Positions 44,778 to 52,340 of a DNA stretch of 55,514 nucleotides are shown one piece after another. The position numbers were made by a program, and so were the translations under genes. How positions within the stretch are numbered: the first letter of the stretch is position 1; every line of letters starts with the position of its first letter. Origin of the DNA: Candidatus Micrarchaeia archaeon. GTDB lineage: Archaea > Micrarchaeota > Micrarchaeia > Anstonellales > Bilamarchaeaceae. The stretch lies in the NCBI GenBank assembly GCA_050303335.1, contig JBNLBN010000003.1, positions 1 through 55,514 of the forward strand, written 5' to 3'. A model generated the notes under the pieces. That model made no database searches. It saw only the letters and a program-made list of their open reading frames with translations, and had not been told where the DNA came from.

Positions 44778-45269
44778 TTGATGGCCATAACCTCCAGGGG
44801 AGTCCCCTCGTCAGAATCATTGTACCTTCCAAGGCACGACAGCGACGAGCTCCGCAGCTTCCAGGACAAGAACGAGAACATAACCAGGAACACCTGGGCT
44901 CTGGAGGAAGTGGTGAATTTCGTATTTTCGAAAAAATACCAGCCTAAATACTACGAGATCGCGCTGGGCTTTCTGAAGCTATTAACTGAAAAAACGAAAC
45001 TAAGCGGCGACCAGACTGCTGAATTCGTCAAGAACAATGGAATCTCGAAGGCGACATTCTATAACCGCGTGATTCCCAGGCTGAAAAGGATCGGAATGAT
45101 AAAGGTCGAGCGCGAAACTATAGTTAACGTGGAATCCAAAAGGAAGTTCAGGCCGATGAACATCTCCCTCAGCAAGACTTTCGGTAATTACCTTATGAAA
45201 ATTGGCGACTCATGGCTCGCTATAGTAGATGATTCTAGAAGCAGGGCTGAGAAGCAGACTACTCTTTAA
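44778..45269 (+). CDS. Hypothetical winged-helix DNA-binding-like protein
   Basis: GISKATFYNRVIPRLKRIGMIKVERE is HTH plus wing-like. Weak call. Confidence 0.45.
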   Translation: MMAITSRGVPSSESLYLPRHDSDELRSFQDKNENITRNTWALEEVVNFVFSKKYQPKYYEIALGFLKLLTEKTKLSGDQTAEFVKNNGISKATFYNRVIPRLKRIGMIKVERETIVNVESKRKFRPMNISLSKTFGNYLMKIGDSWLAIVDDSRSRAEKQTTL

Positions 45270-45846
45270 GATTGATTTCTTTAGGCTCCCTTCTCTCCAG
45301 TACTATTTCGCCATTGACATTCATAACTTTTGAAGTGACATTTCCGGTGAGATAATCTGAGCCGAAACCCATGTATTGGAGTCCGAACTCGACGCCGTCC
45401 TCGGTAATGGCAGTTACCTTGCCATATGGGTCTACGTAAGAATCCAATGCAATTTTTGAAGTGCGGACACTTAGGACTTGGTAGGACCAGTCAGGGCAGC
45501 CGTCCGGGAATTCGATCCGCAGGTCCGGATGCTGAAGATAAAATTTCACTGTCGTACCGCCAAAATCCAGGGATTCGTTGGTGTGGTAGCCGCTTGACAT
45601 CCCGTCAATCGTAAGTGCGACTAATCCATCCACATCTCCATAATAAGTGTAAGTGTTTTTCCTGCCGTTGTCAATGAATGAAAAAGACAGGGAGTCTCCG
45701 ATTATCATATGGCAATTCTCAGGCCGGCTCTTTCGAGCAGCATGTTCGACCTCGCCAGGCTCCGGAATATCGAGCAGCGGGGGCTTTGCTGCCGGGGCTT
45801 TGGAACATCCCAGCGCGACAAGCCCTGCAATTGCAAGCCGCTTCAT
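45259..45846 (-). CDS. Putative lipoprotein
   Basis: MKRLAIAGLVALGCSKAP has a lipobox-like ALGC. ATGA overlap with the upstream coiled-coil gene. Confidence 0.6.
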   Translation of the reverse strand: MKRLAIAGLVALGCSKAPAAKPPLLDIPEPGEVEHAARKSRPENCHMIIGDSLSFSFIDNGRKNTYTYYGDVDGLVALTIDGMSSGYHTNESLDFGGTTVKFYLQHPDLRIEFPDGCPDWSYQVLSVRTSKIALDSYVDPYGKVTAITEDGVEFGLQYMGFGSDYLTGNVTSKVMNVNGEIVLERREPKEINLKE

Positions 45847-47732
45847 TTCTTCTTACCCGGCTTTTTCCTCTGTTTCTTCCTCGGCTTCGCCTTGGATGCC
45901 TTCCTCTGGCTAGTCTTTTCCTCAACTACCTCTTTTGCCTTGGACATCCTTGACTTGACCTTGGAAAGCACCCGGTCATAATCGTCTCCGGAACCATCCT
46001 GGAGTTTTCGCATCATTTCCTTGCTCTCCTTGAGGAGTGCGGCGATCCTTTCCTTGGATTCTGCAATCCTGAGGTCGATATCCTTCTCCCGCTCAGCAGC
46101 ATCATCAAGGCCCTTTTCATGCTGAGCTGAAAGCTTTTCAAGTTCTGCAATGTATTTCTGCAGATAGAGCGATTCTGCCGATTCCTTGAGTTCAGCAATA
46201 TCAGCATCGCTCTCTTCTACATAATTCTCTATGTCCACAATCTTGGACTCGTAATCATTGATGTATTCTGAGACCCACTGCTCGACCTTCTCGATTCCTT
46301 CGAGTTCCTCTTCGAGTGAATCAAGCTCCTCACCGTGTGAAGCGACCGTGTCCTTGACAGATTCCTTGAGTTCCTCAATTTCAGACCTCTTCTCCTGCAC
46401 CTGGTCAAGGTCCTTTGAAAGGTCCTTGATAGTTGAATTGAGGTCGTTCATCTGCCTTCTTGCCTCATCAAGAGTCTCTGTTATCTTTGCTGACTGGTCC
46501 TCGAGTGCGAGGCTTGTTGATTCCAGATCCTCAACCTTTGAGGACTGATCTTCGATAAGCGTCTTCAGCTGGCTGATCTTCTCGTGGACGTCTCCCTTTG
46601 ATCTTTCTATGTTAGCAAGGAAGGTCTCCGCCTTGTCCCTCGTCCTTGTAAGCGCTTGTCCTGTCTCGTCCTTCAGTTCATCCAGCCTGTCCTGTATCTT
46701 CTCGACCTCGTCGATCTTGTCCGGAAGCTCCAGAACATGCTCCTTGAGTTCGGTTATCCTCTTCTGCCTCTGGATGATCTTTTCGGTGATTGCAACTATG
46801 TCTGCCTGCAGCTTTCCTTCGATCTGGGCAAGGTCCTCGTCCATGAGGTTCTCCTTATCCTTCGTGAGCTGGGCAATCTGCTTCTTTTCCCTGTTGATCT
46901 CGTCCATGTAGGATGAAACGAGCCTCTGCATGTCGGAATTCCTCAAAGAACGCCTCGGTTTTTCCTCAGGTTCCATGTGTACCGGCTCATCTTCAACAAG
47001 GTCGACTGGCTCGTGATCCTGGTCAATGCTCTCATCCTCTTCTGGTAGAGTTGGGGGGTTCTTTGGTGAATATTCATCCTCGAACTTGCCCAGTATCTTT
47101 GATTTAACGTCATCTGATGATCTTTTCTTCTCAAGATACCTGTTGAGAAGCTCTTCCGGCTCTTCTGGAGCCTCTGCTTCCTCAGGCTCTTCAGGAACGT
47201 CTGTCATTGCTGATTCTTCCTTGACATCATCATCCTTATCGTCATCAGGGATATCAGCATCCGGAAGTGCAAAAAGGTTGTCTTCTGGAATCTCCTCTTC
47301 TGCCTCAACCTCGGGTCCTACGGGCTCCTCTTGTTTCGGGAATTCCTGATCTTCTTCAAGAGGCACTTCGTTAGAGAATTCTACGGACTTCTTTGGTTCC
47401 TCGTAGGGGACCTCCTCGTATGTCTCATAATGAGGCTCTATCTCTTCTTCCTCAGATTCCCCTTTCCAAATGATGAACGTCCCGCGGATTCCATATTCTA
47501 CTTCTATGTATCCCTCGTCTTCAAGGACTGTCACCCATTTGTCAAGATTCTTCTTGTCAATATTACAAATATCCTTAAGCTCATTCAGCGGAATCTTCTT
47601 CCTGTCTGCTATTGTGCGAATAAGATGGTCAACATCAGTACTTATTTCTGTCAATTCCTCACCCTCCCGATAATATATTTTATGATAGGATAAGTTTTTA
47701 AATATATGACCACAAGATAACACAAAAAACAA
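45843..47732 (-). CDS. wHTH - acidic linker - long coiled-coil protein with a poly-Lys C-terminal tail
   Basis: N-terminal IPLNELKDICNIDKKNLDKWVTVLEDEGYIEVEY (winged-helix-like), about 170 aa of Glu/Asp/Pro-rich linker, about 330 aa of heptad-like charged helix, and an end of KASKAKPRKKQRKKPGKKK. The listed start is TTG, there is no in-frame ATG near the 5' end, and the true start is uncertain. Confidence 0.65.
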   Translation of the reverse strand: MFFVLSCGHIFKNLSYHKIYYREGEELTEISTDVDHLIRTIADRKKIPLNELKDICNIDKKNLDKWVTVLEDEGYIEVEYGIRGTFIIWKGESEEEEIEPHYETYEEVPYEEPKKSVEFSNEVPLEEDQEFPKQEEPVGPEVEAEEEIPEDNLFALPDADIPDDDKDDDVKEESAMTDVPEEPEEAEAPEEPEELLNRYLEKKRSSDDVKSKILGKFEDEYSPKNPPTLPEEDESIDQDHEPVDLVEDEPVHMEPEEKPRRSLRNSDMQRLVSSYMDEINREKKQIAQLTKDKENLMDEDLAQIEGKLQADIVAITEKIIQRQKRITELKEHVLELPDKIDEVEKIQDRLDELKDETGQALTRTRDKAETFLANIERSKGDVHEKISQLKTLIEDQSSKVEDLESTSLALEDQSAKITETLDEARRQMNDLNSTIKDLSKDLDQVQEKRSEIEELKESVKDTVASHGEELDSLEEELEGIEKVEQWVSEYINDYESKIVDIENYVEESDADIAELKESAESLYLQKYIAELEKLSAQHEKGLDDAAEREKDIDLRIAESKERIAALLKESKEMMRKLQDGSGDDYDRVLSKVKSRMSKAKEVVEEKTSQRKASKAKPRKKQRKKPGKKK

Positions 47733-47752
47733 TAATTAAAAAGAAGGTAAAA

Positions 47753-48268
47753 TTACTCTACTACAGTCGAATATTTGCCTGAAATCTTCTTCCTGGCCCT
47801 TATGAAAGCGGTTTTCACATGGTCGACATTCGATTTGTAGGTGTGCACAGTAAAGAGCACTGTTCCGACATTCAGCCGGGCTGCCCTGTCTGTCGGCCTT
47901 CCGAATGACCTCCTCATACCCTTCTGGAGACGGTCGGCACCTGCACCGGAAATCATCTTGTTCTCCCTTATGACATGATGGGGGAATACCCTCAGCACTA
48001 TATAGTATGTGCCTGCCATCTTCGTTTCGAGATATTTGTTTACTGACTGCCTCGCACTTTCGATCGCGTTGTCCCTGAGTATTATTGGAACTTCGCTTGT
48101 AAGGTGCATCACAGTATCGAAATCGTCCTTGAGCACTCCCATCCTGAACTGATGAAGGTCTGCATGCGGCATTGCCTTGATGTAAGACTTTCTGGGCTTA
48201 CTCCTTGAGTACCTCGTCCATGCGACTTTGTCTGCATCTCTGATTGATCTACCAGGTCTAATAGCCAT
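47753..48268 (-). CDS. rpl10e: 50S ribosomal protein L10e (uL16)
   Basis: MAIRPGRSIRD...YSRSKPRKSYIKAMP...RVFPHHVIRENKM...GADRLQKGMRRSFG. ATG at 48268; the track start at 48277 is GTG. Confidence 0.95.
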   Translation of the reverse strand: MAIRPGRSIRDADKVAWTRYSRSKPRKSYIKAMPHADLHQFRMGVLKDDFDTVMHLTSEVPIILRDNAIESARQSVNKYLETKMAGTYYIVLRVFPHHVIRENKMISGAGADRLQKGMRRSFGRPTDRAARLNVGTVLFTVHTYKSNVDHVKTAFIRARKKISGKYSTVVE

Positions 48269-48312
48269 TAAAATCACCGATAATAAGTCTACTTATCTTG
48301 GGTCGAGGGGTT

Positions 48313-49629
48313 TTAAAGAGTTTCTGTAACACGCCTGGCAAGGTAAACTGCAATCACCATCATCAGAACGTTTGCCACAACGATGCCGTAGAATATCCCC
48401 TCCAGGCCGAAAAAGGATGATCCGAGGTAGGCAAGGGGGATTGCTAATACGAAGAGCCTGAGGAATACCAGGAGGGTGGAATAAAGGGGCCGGTGAAGTG
48501 CATTGAATGATGAGGATATGGTAAGGACCACGCCGTAGAAGCCATAGCTTATTGGAACTGTGGTGATGAATGCTATGATCGTTTTGACTACATCCGGATC
48601 GCTGTTGAATATGGAGGCAAGCGGTTCGGCGATAATCTGGAGGATGATGAATACGGCTGCCCCGTATACCAGGGATGCGTTTCGCACGAATTCCAGGGCT
48701 TTGATGATCCTTTTCCGGTTCCTTGCCCCGTAATTCTGCCCCACAAAGGGAGTGATCACTATTGCAAGCGCGAATATGCCTGTCAGGGTCAGCGATTCTA
48801 TTCTCGTTCCGACGCCGAACCCTGCAACAGCATCCGGCCCGTAATCTGAGACCATCCGCACGAGGATTCCGGAAGAAAGGGGGATCAGGAGATTTGTTGC
48901 AGCAGCCGGAAGCCCGATATAAAGGATTTCCCGCCACGATTGCAGGGTGGCTGTCGGGATTATTATCATCTTTTCCCTTGAAACCAGGATCCAGCTTGCA
49001 AAAACGAACATGAGCATCCATGAGATTACCGATGAGAGCGCCGCTCCGAAGAGCCTGAGCTCCGGGAATGGTCCGATACCGAATATCATCAGCGGCGAAA
49101 GGATAACGTTTGCCATTCCTGATATTACCATGATAAGGCTCGGGGTCTTGGTGTCCCCGGTTGCCCGGATAGCGCTGTTTGCCACCATCGGAAGGACCAG
49201 GAACATGATTCCCAGGTAGAAGACAGACATGTACTGCGAAATCATGGGGATAAGATCAGGAGTTGCTCCCAGGAGGCTGAATACTTCGTCAATGGTGAAA
49301 TAGCCCAGTATGGAAAAAAAGAAGACCATTAGGAAAACCAGCAAAAGGCCGTTCGATACCAGGTTCTGGACCTTTCCGTGATTTCCCTCGCCTATTGCCT
49401 TTGATGTCACTGATGAGAGGCCGATTCCTATTCCCATGGAGAGGCTCGTGATGATGAATACCACCGGAAATGTGAATCCCATTGCTGCAAGTTCTGCCGG
49501 GCCAAGCTGGCCGACATAAAAGGTATCCACGAGGTTGAAGAGCATGACCGATACAACCCCCACAAGCATGGGAGCTGCCATTGCGATCATTGTCCTGGGT
49601 ACATCTCCCTCGATTAGATTGTTCTTCAT
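48313..49629 (-). CDS. MATE-family efflux transporter
   Basis: 12 TM with a duplicated 6-TM architecture. N-terminal PMLVGVVSVMLFNLVDTFYVGQLG is typical of MatE. Confidence 0.9.
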   Translation of the reverse strand: MKNNLIEGDVPRTMIAMAAPMLVGVVSVMLFNLVDTFYVGQLGPAELAAMGFTFPVVFIITSLSMGIGIGLSSVTSKAIGEGNHGKVQNLVSNGLLLVFLMVFFFSILGYFTIDEVFSLLGATPDLIPMISQYMSVFYLGIMFLVLPMVANSAIRATGDTKTPSLIMVISGMANVILSPLMIFGIGPFPELRLFGAALSSVISWMLMFVFASWILVSREKMIIIPTATLQSWREILYIGLPAAATNLLIPLSSGILVRMVSDYGPDAVAGFGVGTRIESLTLTGIFALAIVITPFVGQNYGARNRKRIIKALEFVRNASLVYGAAVFIILQIIAEPLASIFNSDPDVVKTIIAFITTVPISYGFYGVVLTISSSFNALHRPLYSTLLVFLRLFVLAIPLAYLGSSFFGLEGIFYGIVVANVLMMVIAVYLARRVTETL

Positions 49630-49652
49630 CCTATCAATCCTGAAAAAATAAC

Positions 49653-49832
49653 GCCGAGAGCAGGAATTTCAGCTTGCTGAAAAATTCAGCCGAAGCTTTT
49701 GAACCTGCAATCCCAAAGGGAGTGCTTTGCAAGTAAGTTTTGGTTAGGCTTTTACCAAAAGCTTAATTCGAGAGCACCGCACTACCGGATTTCACTGGGT
49801 TCCCGAAGGAGACGCATTTATGCGATCTCGGC
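49653..49832. ncRNA. Candidate structured RNA of unknown class (strand undetermined)
   Basis: Nested complementarity in an unusually long 244-nt spacer. Closing pair GCCGAGA (49653-49659) / TCTCGGC (49826-49832). AAGCTTTTG (49692-49700) / CAAAAGCTT (49756-49764). Local hairpins TCCC-AAA-GGGA, GCAT-TT-ATGC and TCC-CGAA-GGA. Confidence 0.3.
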
Positions 49833-49873
49833 ATTAGGAAAGTAATATTAATTCTAATTGAATTTTAATTGTT

Positions 49874-50518
49874 ATGATCATCCTCAACCTTAAGGCATAC
49901 CAGGAAAGCTTCGACAACGCATTGCTTTTCTGCCAGTATGCCAGCGAAGTATCATCTGAGAGCGGCGTCAGGATAATCGTATGCCCTCCTGCTGCATACC
50001 TCCATGAGGCTGCAGAAATCCATTCAGATGTATTTTCCCAGCATGCCGACCCGAACGATGCCGGGGCGTTCACAGGATCTGTTCCTGCATCCATGCTGAA
50101 ATCCGCCGGATTAAAGGGATCCCTGGTGAACCATTCTGAAAAGAGGGTTGAAAAGATCAAGGATACTGTGGAATCGCTCCACAGGAACGGGCTAGAATCA
50201 ATCGTCTGTGCCGCTACCACGAAGGAGGCTGCAGAGTATGCCGATTATTCCCCTGCAATGATCGCGGTAGAGCCTCCTGAACTCATCGGATCGGGGGTAA
50301 GCGTATCAACAGCCAATCCTGACATCGTGGTGAATTCGATACGCGCGGTAAAAGAGATAAATCACAATATTATTGTGCTCTGCGGGGCGGGGATCAGCAG
50401 CAGGCAAGATGTCAAGAAGTCGATTGAGCTTGGTTCCGAAGGGGTGCTTCTTGCAAGCGCATTCGTGAAGGCGCGCAATCCCAAGGAGTTCCTTGAAGAG
50501 CTTGCGGCGGAATTTTAG
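49874..50518 (+). CDS. tpiA: Triosephosphate isomerase (short archaeal type)
   Basis: 214 aa. ILNLKAY, LVNHSEKR, AVEPPELIGSG and GAGIS. Confidence 0.9.
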   Translation: MIILNLKAYQESFDNALLFCQYASEVSSESGVRIIVCPPAAYLHEAAEIHSDVFSQHADPNDAGAFTGSVPASMLKSAGLKGSLVNHSEKRVEKIKDTVESLHRNGLESIVCAATTKEAAEYADYSPAMIAVEPPELIGSGVSVSTANPDIVVNSIRAVKEINHNIIVLCGAGISSRQDVKKSIELGSEGVLLASAFVKARNPKEFLEELAAEF

Positions 50519-50561
50519 CGAGTCTATTATAAACCTTTTCAAGAATAGAATTTGATACTTT

Positions 50562-50635
50562 GCGATTGTAGTCTAATCTGGTTAGGACCTAGGCCTTCCA
50601 AGCCTATGATCCGGGTTCAAATCCCGGCGATCGCA
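50562..50635 (+). tRNA. tRNA-Gly (anticodon UCC), intron-less
   Basis: Hand fold: GCGATTG/CGATCGC acceptor (one G-U), D arm GTCT..GGAC, anticodon arm TAGGC-CTTCCAA-GCCTA, T arm CCGGG-TTCAAAT-CCCGG, discriminator A. 74 nt, no encoded CCA. Confidence 0.9.
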
Positions 50636-50641
50636 TCTTAA

Positions 50642-50774
50642 GCGGTTGTTGTCTAGTCTGGTTAGGACTCGAGCTTCCCACGGACTTTATAATTCGGAAA
50701 AAGCTCGCGACCCGGGTTCGAAATTAGGGTTGCTGCCTATGGCAACAGCCACAACGCAAATCCCGGCAACCGCA
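50642..50774 (+). tRNA. tRNA-Gly (anticodon CCC) with two introns: ~21 nt at 37/38 and ~38 nt in the T-loop
   Basis: The acceptor GCGGTTG/CAACCGC + A and the D arm are near-identical to the neighbouring tRNA. Anticodon stem CGAGC, loop TTCCCA, then an insert (about 50681-50701) before A-GCTCG. T stem CCGGG + TTCGAA, then an insert (about 50723-50760) before T-CCCGG. Removing 21 + 38 nt gives a 74-nt cloverleaf. Exact junctions are ambiguous within A-runs. Confidence 0.75.
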
Positions 50775-50784
50775 AGTGAATTAC

Positions 50785-51822
50785 ATGAAGATGGACTTTT
50801 TACTGGTATTCGTCCCGATTACTCTGGCGCTTAATATGATCGGTGCCGACAGCACCATGCTTTTTTTCTCTTCAATACTCGCCATCCTGCCTCTTGCAGG
50901 GAAAATGGGCGAGGCAACAGAAGAGCTTGCAAAGATATACGGAGGTCAGATCGGGGGGCTTCTCAATGCAACATTCGGGAACATGGCTGAACTCATCATT
51001 GTCATCATTGCAATCAACAGGGGACTGATCGAGATAGTGAAGGCGTCCCTTGCAGGAAGCATCATAGGAAACCTGTTGTTCGTTTTCGGGCTTAGCATTT
51101 TTGTCGGCGGACTGAAATTCAAGGAGCAGAAGATGTCTTTGCATCTTTCAGACCTCAATTCGACCATGCTTATGATCGCCCTCATGAGCATAATGATACC
51201 GAGCCTGTTCCATTTCATTCCTGCAGAGCACTGGGACGGGGACGAGCAGATACTGAGCCTTGCAGTATCAGTTCTATTGATCACATCCTACCTCCTGAGC
51301 ATGGTATTTTCCCTGAAGACTCATGATTACCTTTTCAGATCGGAGGAGAAGGAGACCTCGCGCTGGGATAAGAGATATGCAATTGCAGTCCTTGGAATTG
51401 CAACTATTTTCCTTGCAATTGTCAGCGAGGTTTTTGTGGGACAGATCGAGCAAGTGGCACATGATTTCGGGCTGGGCGAGCTCTTCATCGGTGCAGTGAT
51501 TGTTGCTGTTGTGGGCAATGCAGCAGAACATGTAGCAGCAGTATTCTCTGCATGGAAGAACAATATTGATCTCAGCATGAACGTGACTGTGGGATCCAGC
51601 CTCCAGATAGCTATGTTCGTTGCTCCTGTTGCGGTGTTTGCAGGAGTGCTCTTTGCAAAGCCCATGGACCTCGTTTTCACGCCGTTCGAGATGATAGCGG
51701 TTTTTGCATCCGTACTTGTAGTCAAGGAAATAACGACGGATGGCAAATGCAACTGGTTCGAAGGGGCTCAATTATTAATAATGTACTTGATAATAGCTGT
51801 CCTGTTTTACCTGATCAGATAG
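50785..51822 (+). CDS. Ca2+/cation:H+ antiporter (CaCA/CAX family)
   Basis: Two alpha-repeats (GNMAELIIVIIA and GNAAEHVAAV) in an ~11-TM protein. The track start at 50776 (GTG) abuts the tRNA, so ATG 50785 or 50791 is preferred. Confidence 0.9.
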   Translation: MKMDFLLVFVPITLALNMIGADSTMLFFSSILAILPLAGKMGEATEELAKIYGGQIGGLLNATFGNMAELIIVIIAINRGLIEIVKASLAGSIIGNLLFVFGLSIFVGGLKFKEQKMSLHLSDLNSTMLMIALMSIMIPSLFHFIPAEHWDGDEQILSLAVSVLLITSYLLSMVFSLKTHDYLFRSEEKETSRWDKRYAIAVLGIATIFLAIVSEVFVGQIEQVAHDFGLGELFIGAVIVAVVGNAAEHVAAVFSAWKNNIDLSMNVTVGSSLQIAMFVAPVAVFAGVLFAKPMDLVFTPFEMIAVFASVLVVKEITTDGKCNWFEGAQLLIMYLIIAVLFYLIR

Positions 51823-51925
51823 GCCTCTGTAGCTCAGCCTGGTAGAGCAGCTCTCTCGTAACACGCGGGTTTTCGTCCCGCCGCGGGGAAGGAGAAGGTC
51901 GGGGGTTCAAATCCCTCCTGAGGCT
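51823..51925 (+). tRNA. tRNA-Thr (anticodon CGU) with a 29-nt intron at the canonical 37/38 position
   Basis: Hand fold: acceptor GCCTCTG/CTGAGGC (one U-U mismatch), TA, D arm GCTC-AGCCTGGTA-GAGC, anticodon stem GCTCT, loop CTCGTA|intron 51861-51889|A, 3' stem GGAGA, variable AGGTC, T arm GGGGG-TTCAAAT-CCCTC, discriminator T. The spliced length is 74 nt. Confidence 0.8.
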
Positions 51926-52308
51926 ATTTTTTTCAGCGATACTGCAAGAAGCAAAGCTCCCATTACAACAAGAATTCCAAATATCGTGGACTCTGAGACG
52001 CCCATGCTTTCGAAAGGAATTATGGAATTTATCACAAGCAGTATTGTCGCAAGGGCCATTGAACCGGTGGAAAGAACCAGAGCGCTTGTTTTTTCGTTGT
52101 TATTCTGCTCAAGAATCAGCCGGTGGAATTCAGAAACCCCTTCAGGAGTCAGCCTGAGGTACATCCCGTGGACCCTGCAGTAGTAGGGAAATGCGAACTG
52201 TGAGAACATCATCCATTTTGCCGGACCAACGACAGAAATGAAATCAGCTTCAGTAAGCCTTTCAGGATTTTCGTAAATCGCGCGCATGATTTTCAGGATC
52301 ATCTGCAT
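51907..52308 (-). CDS. Hypothetical protein with a wHTH-like N-terminus and two C-terminal TM helices
   Basis: 133-aa ORF. The last ~19 nt, including the stop, overlap the tRNA-Thr 3' end on the opposite strand. Confidence 0.5.
   Translation of the reverse strand: MQMILKIMRAIYENPERLTEADFISVVGPAKWMMFSQFAFPYYCRVHGMYLRLTPEGVSEFHRLILEQNNNEKTSALVLSTGSMALATILLVINSIIPFESMGVSESTIFGILVVMGALLLAVSLKKIASGGI
51927..51933 (+). terminator. Oligo-T tract (archaeal-type terminator) after tRNA-Thr
   Basis: A run of seven T lies two nt after the tRNA 3' end. Confidence 0.4.
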
Positions 52309-52340
52309 GAATAGATTAGGAAAGGAAAAAAATATATTTT

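Noticed and set aside
48293-49021. 242-aa same-strand alternative-frame ORF inside the MATE transporter gene
   Set aside because: The Pro/Arg/Cys/His-rich, low-complexity translation has no motifs. The overlapping frame encodes a complete 12-TM MATE protein.
49653-49832. Specific identification of the structured spacer as SRP (7S) RNA, RNase P RNA or a C/D-box sRNA
   Set aside because: It is too short for archaeal SRP or RNase P RNA. It lacks the helix-8 GNAR loop with AGCA motifs, the RNase P GGAAAGUCC-type CR-I, and C (RUGAUGA) / D (CUGA) box pairs. I kept it only as an unclassified candidate.
51861-51889. The hairpin GCGGG-TTTTCGT-CCCGC looks like an anticodon arm (UUC, Glu)
   Set aside because: It sits between two halves of a well-formed tRNA-Thr anticodon arm. 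Treating it as the 37/38 intron gives a complete 74-nt cloverleaf, and no flanking D, T or acceptor arms support a separate tRNA-Glu.
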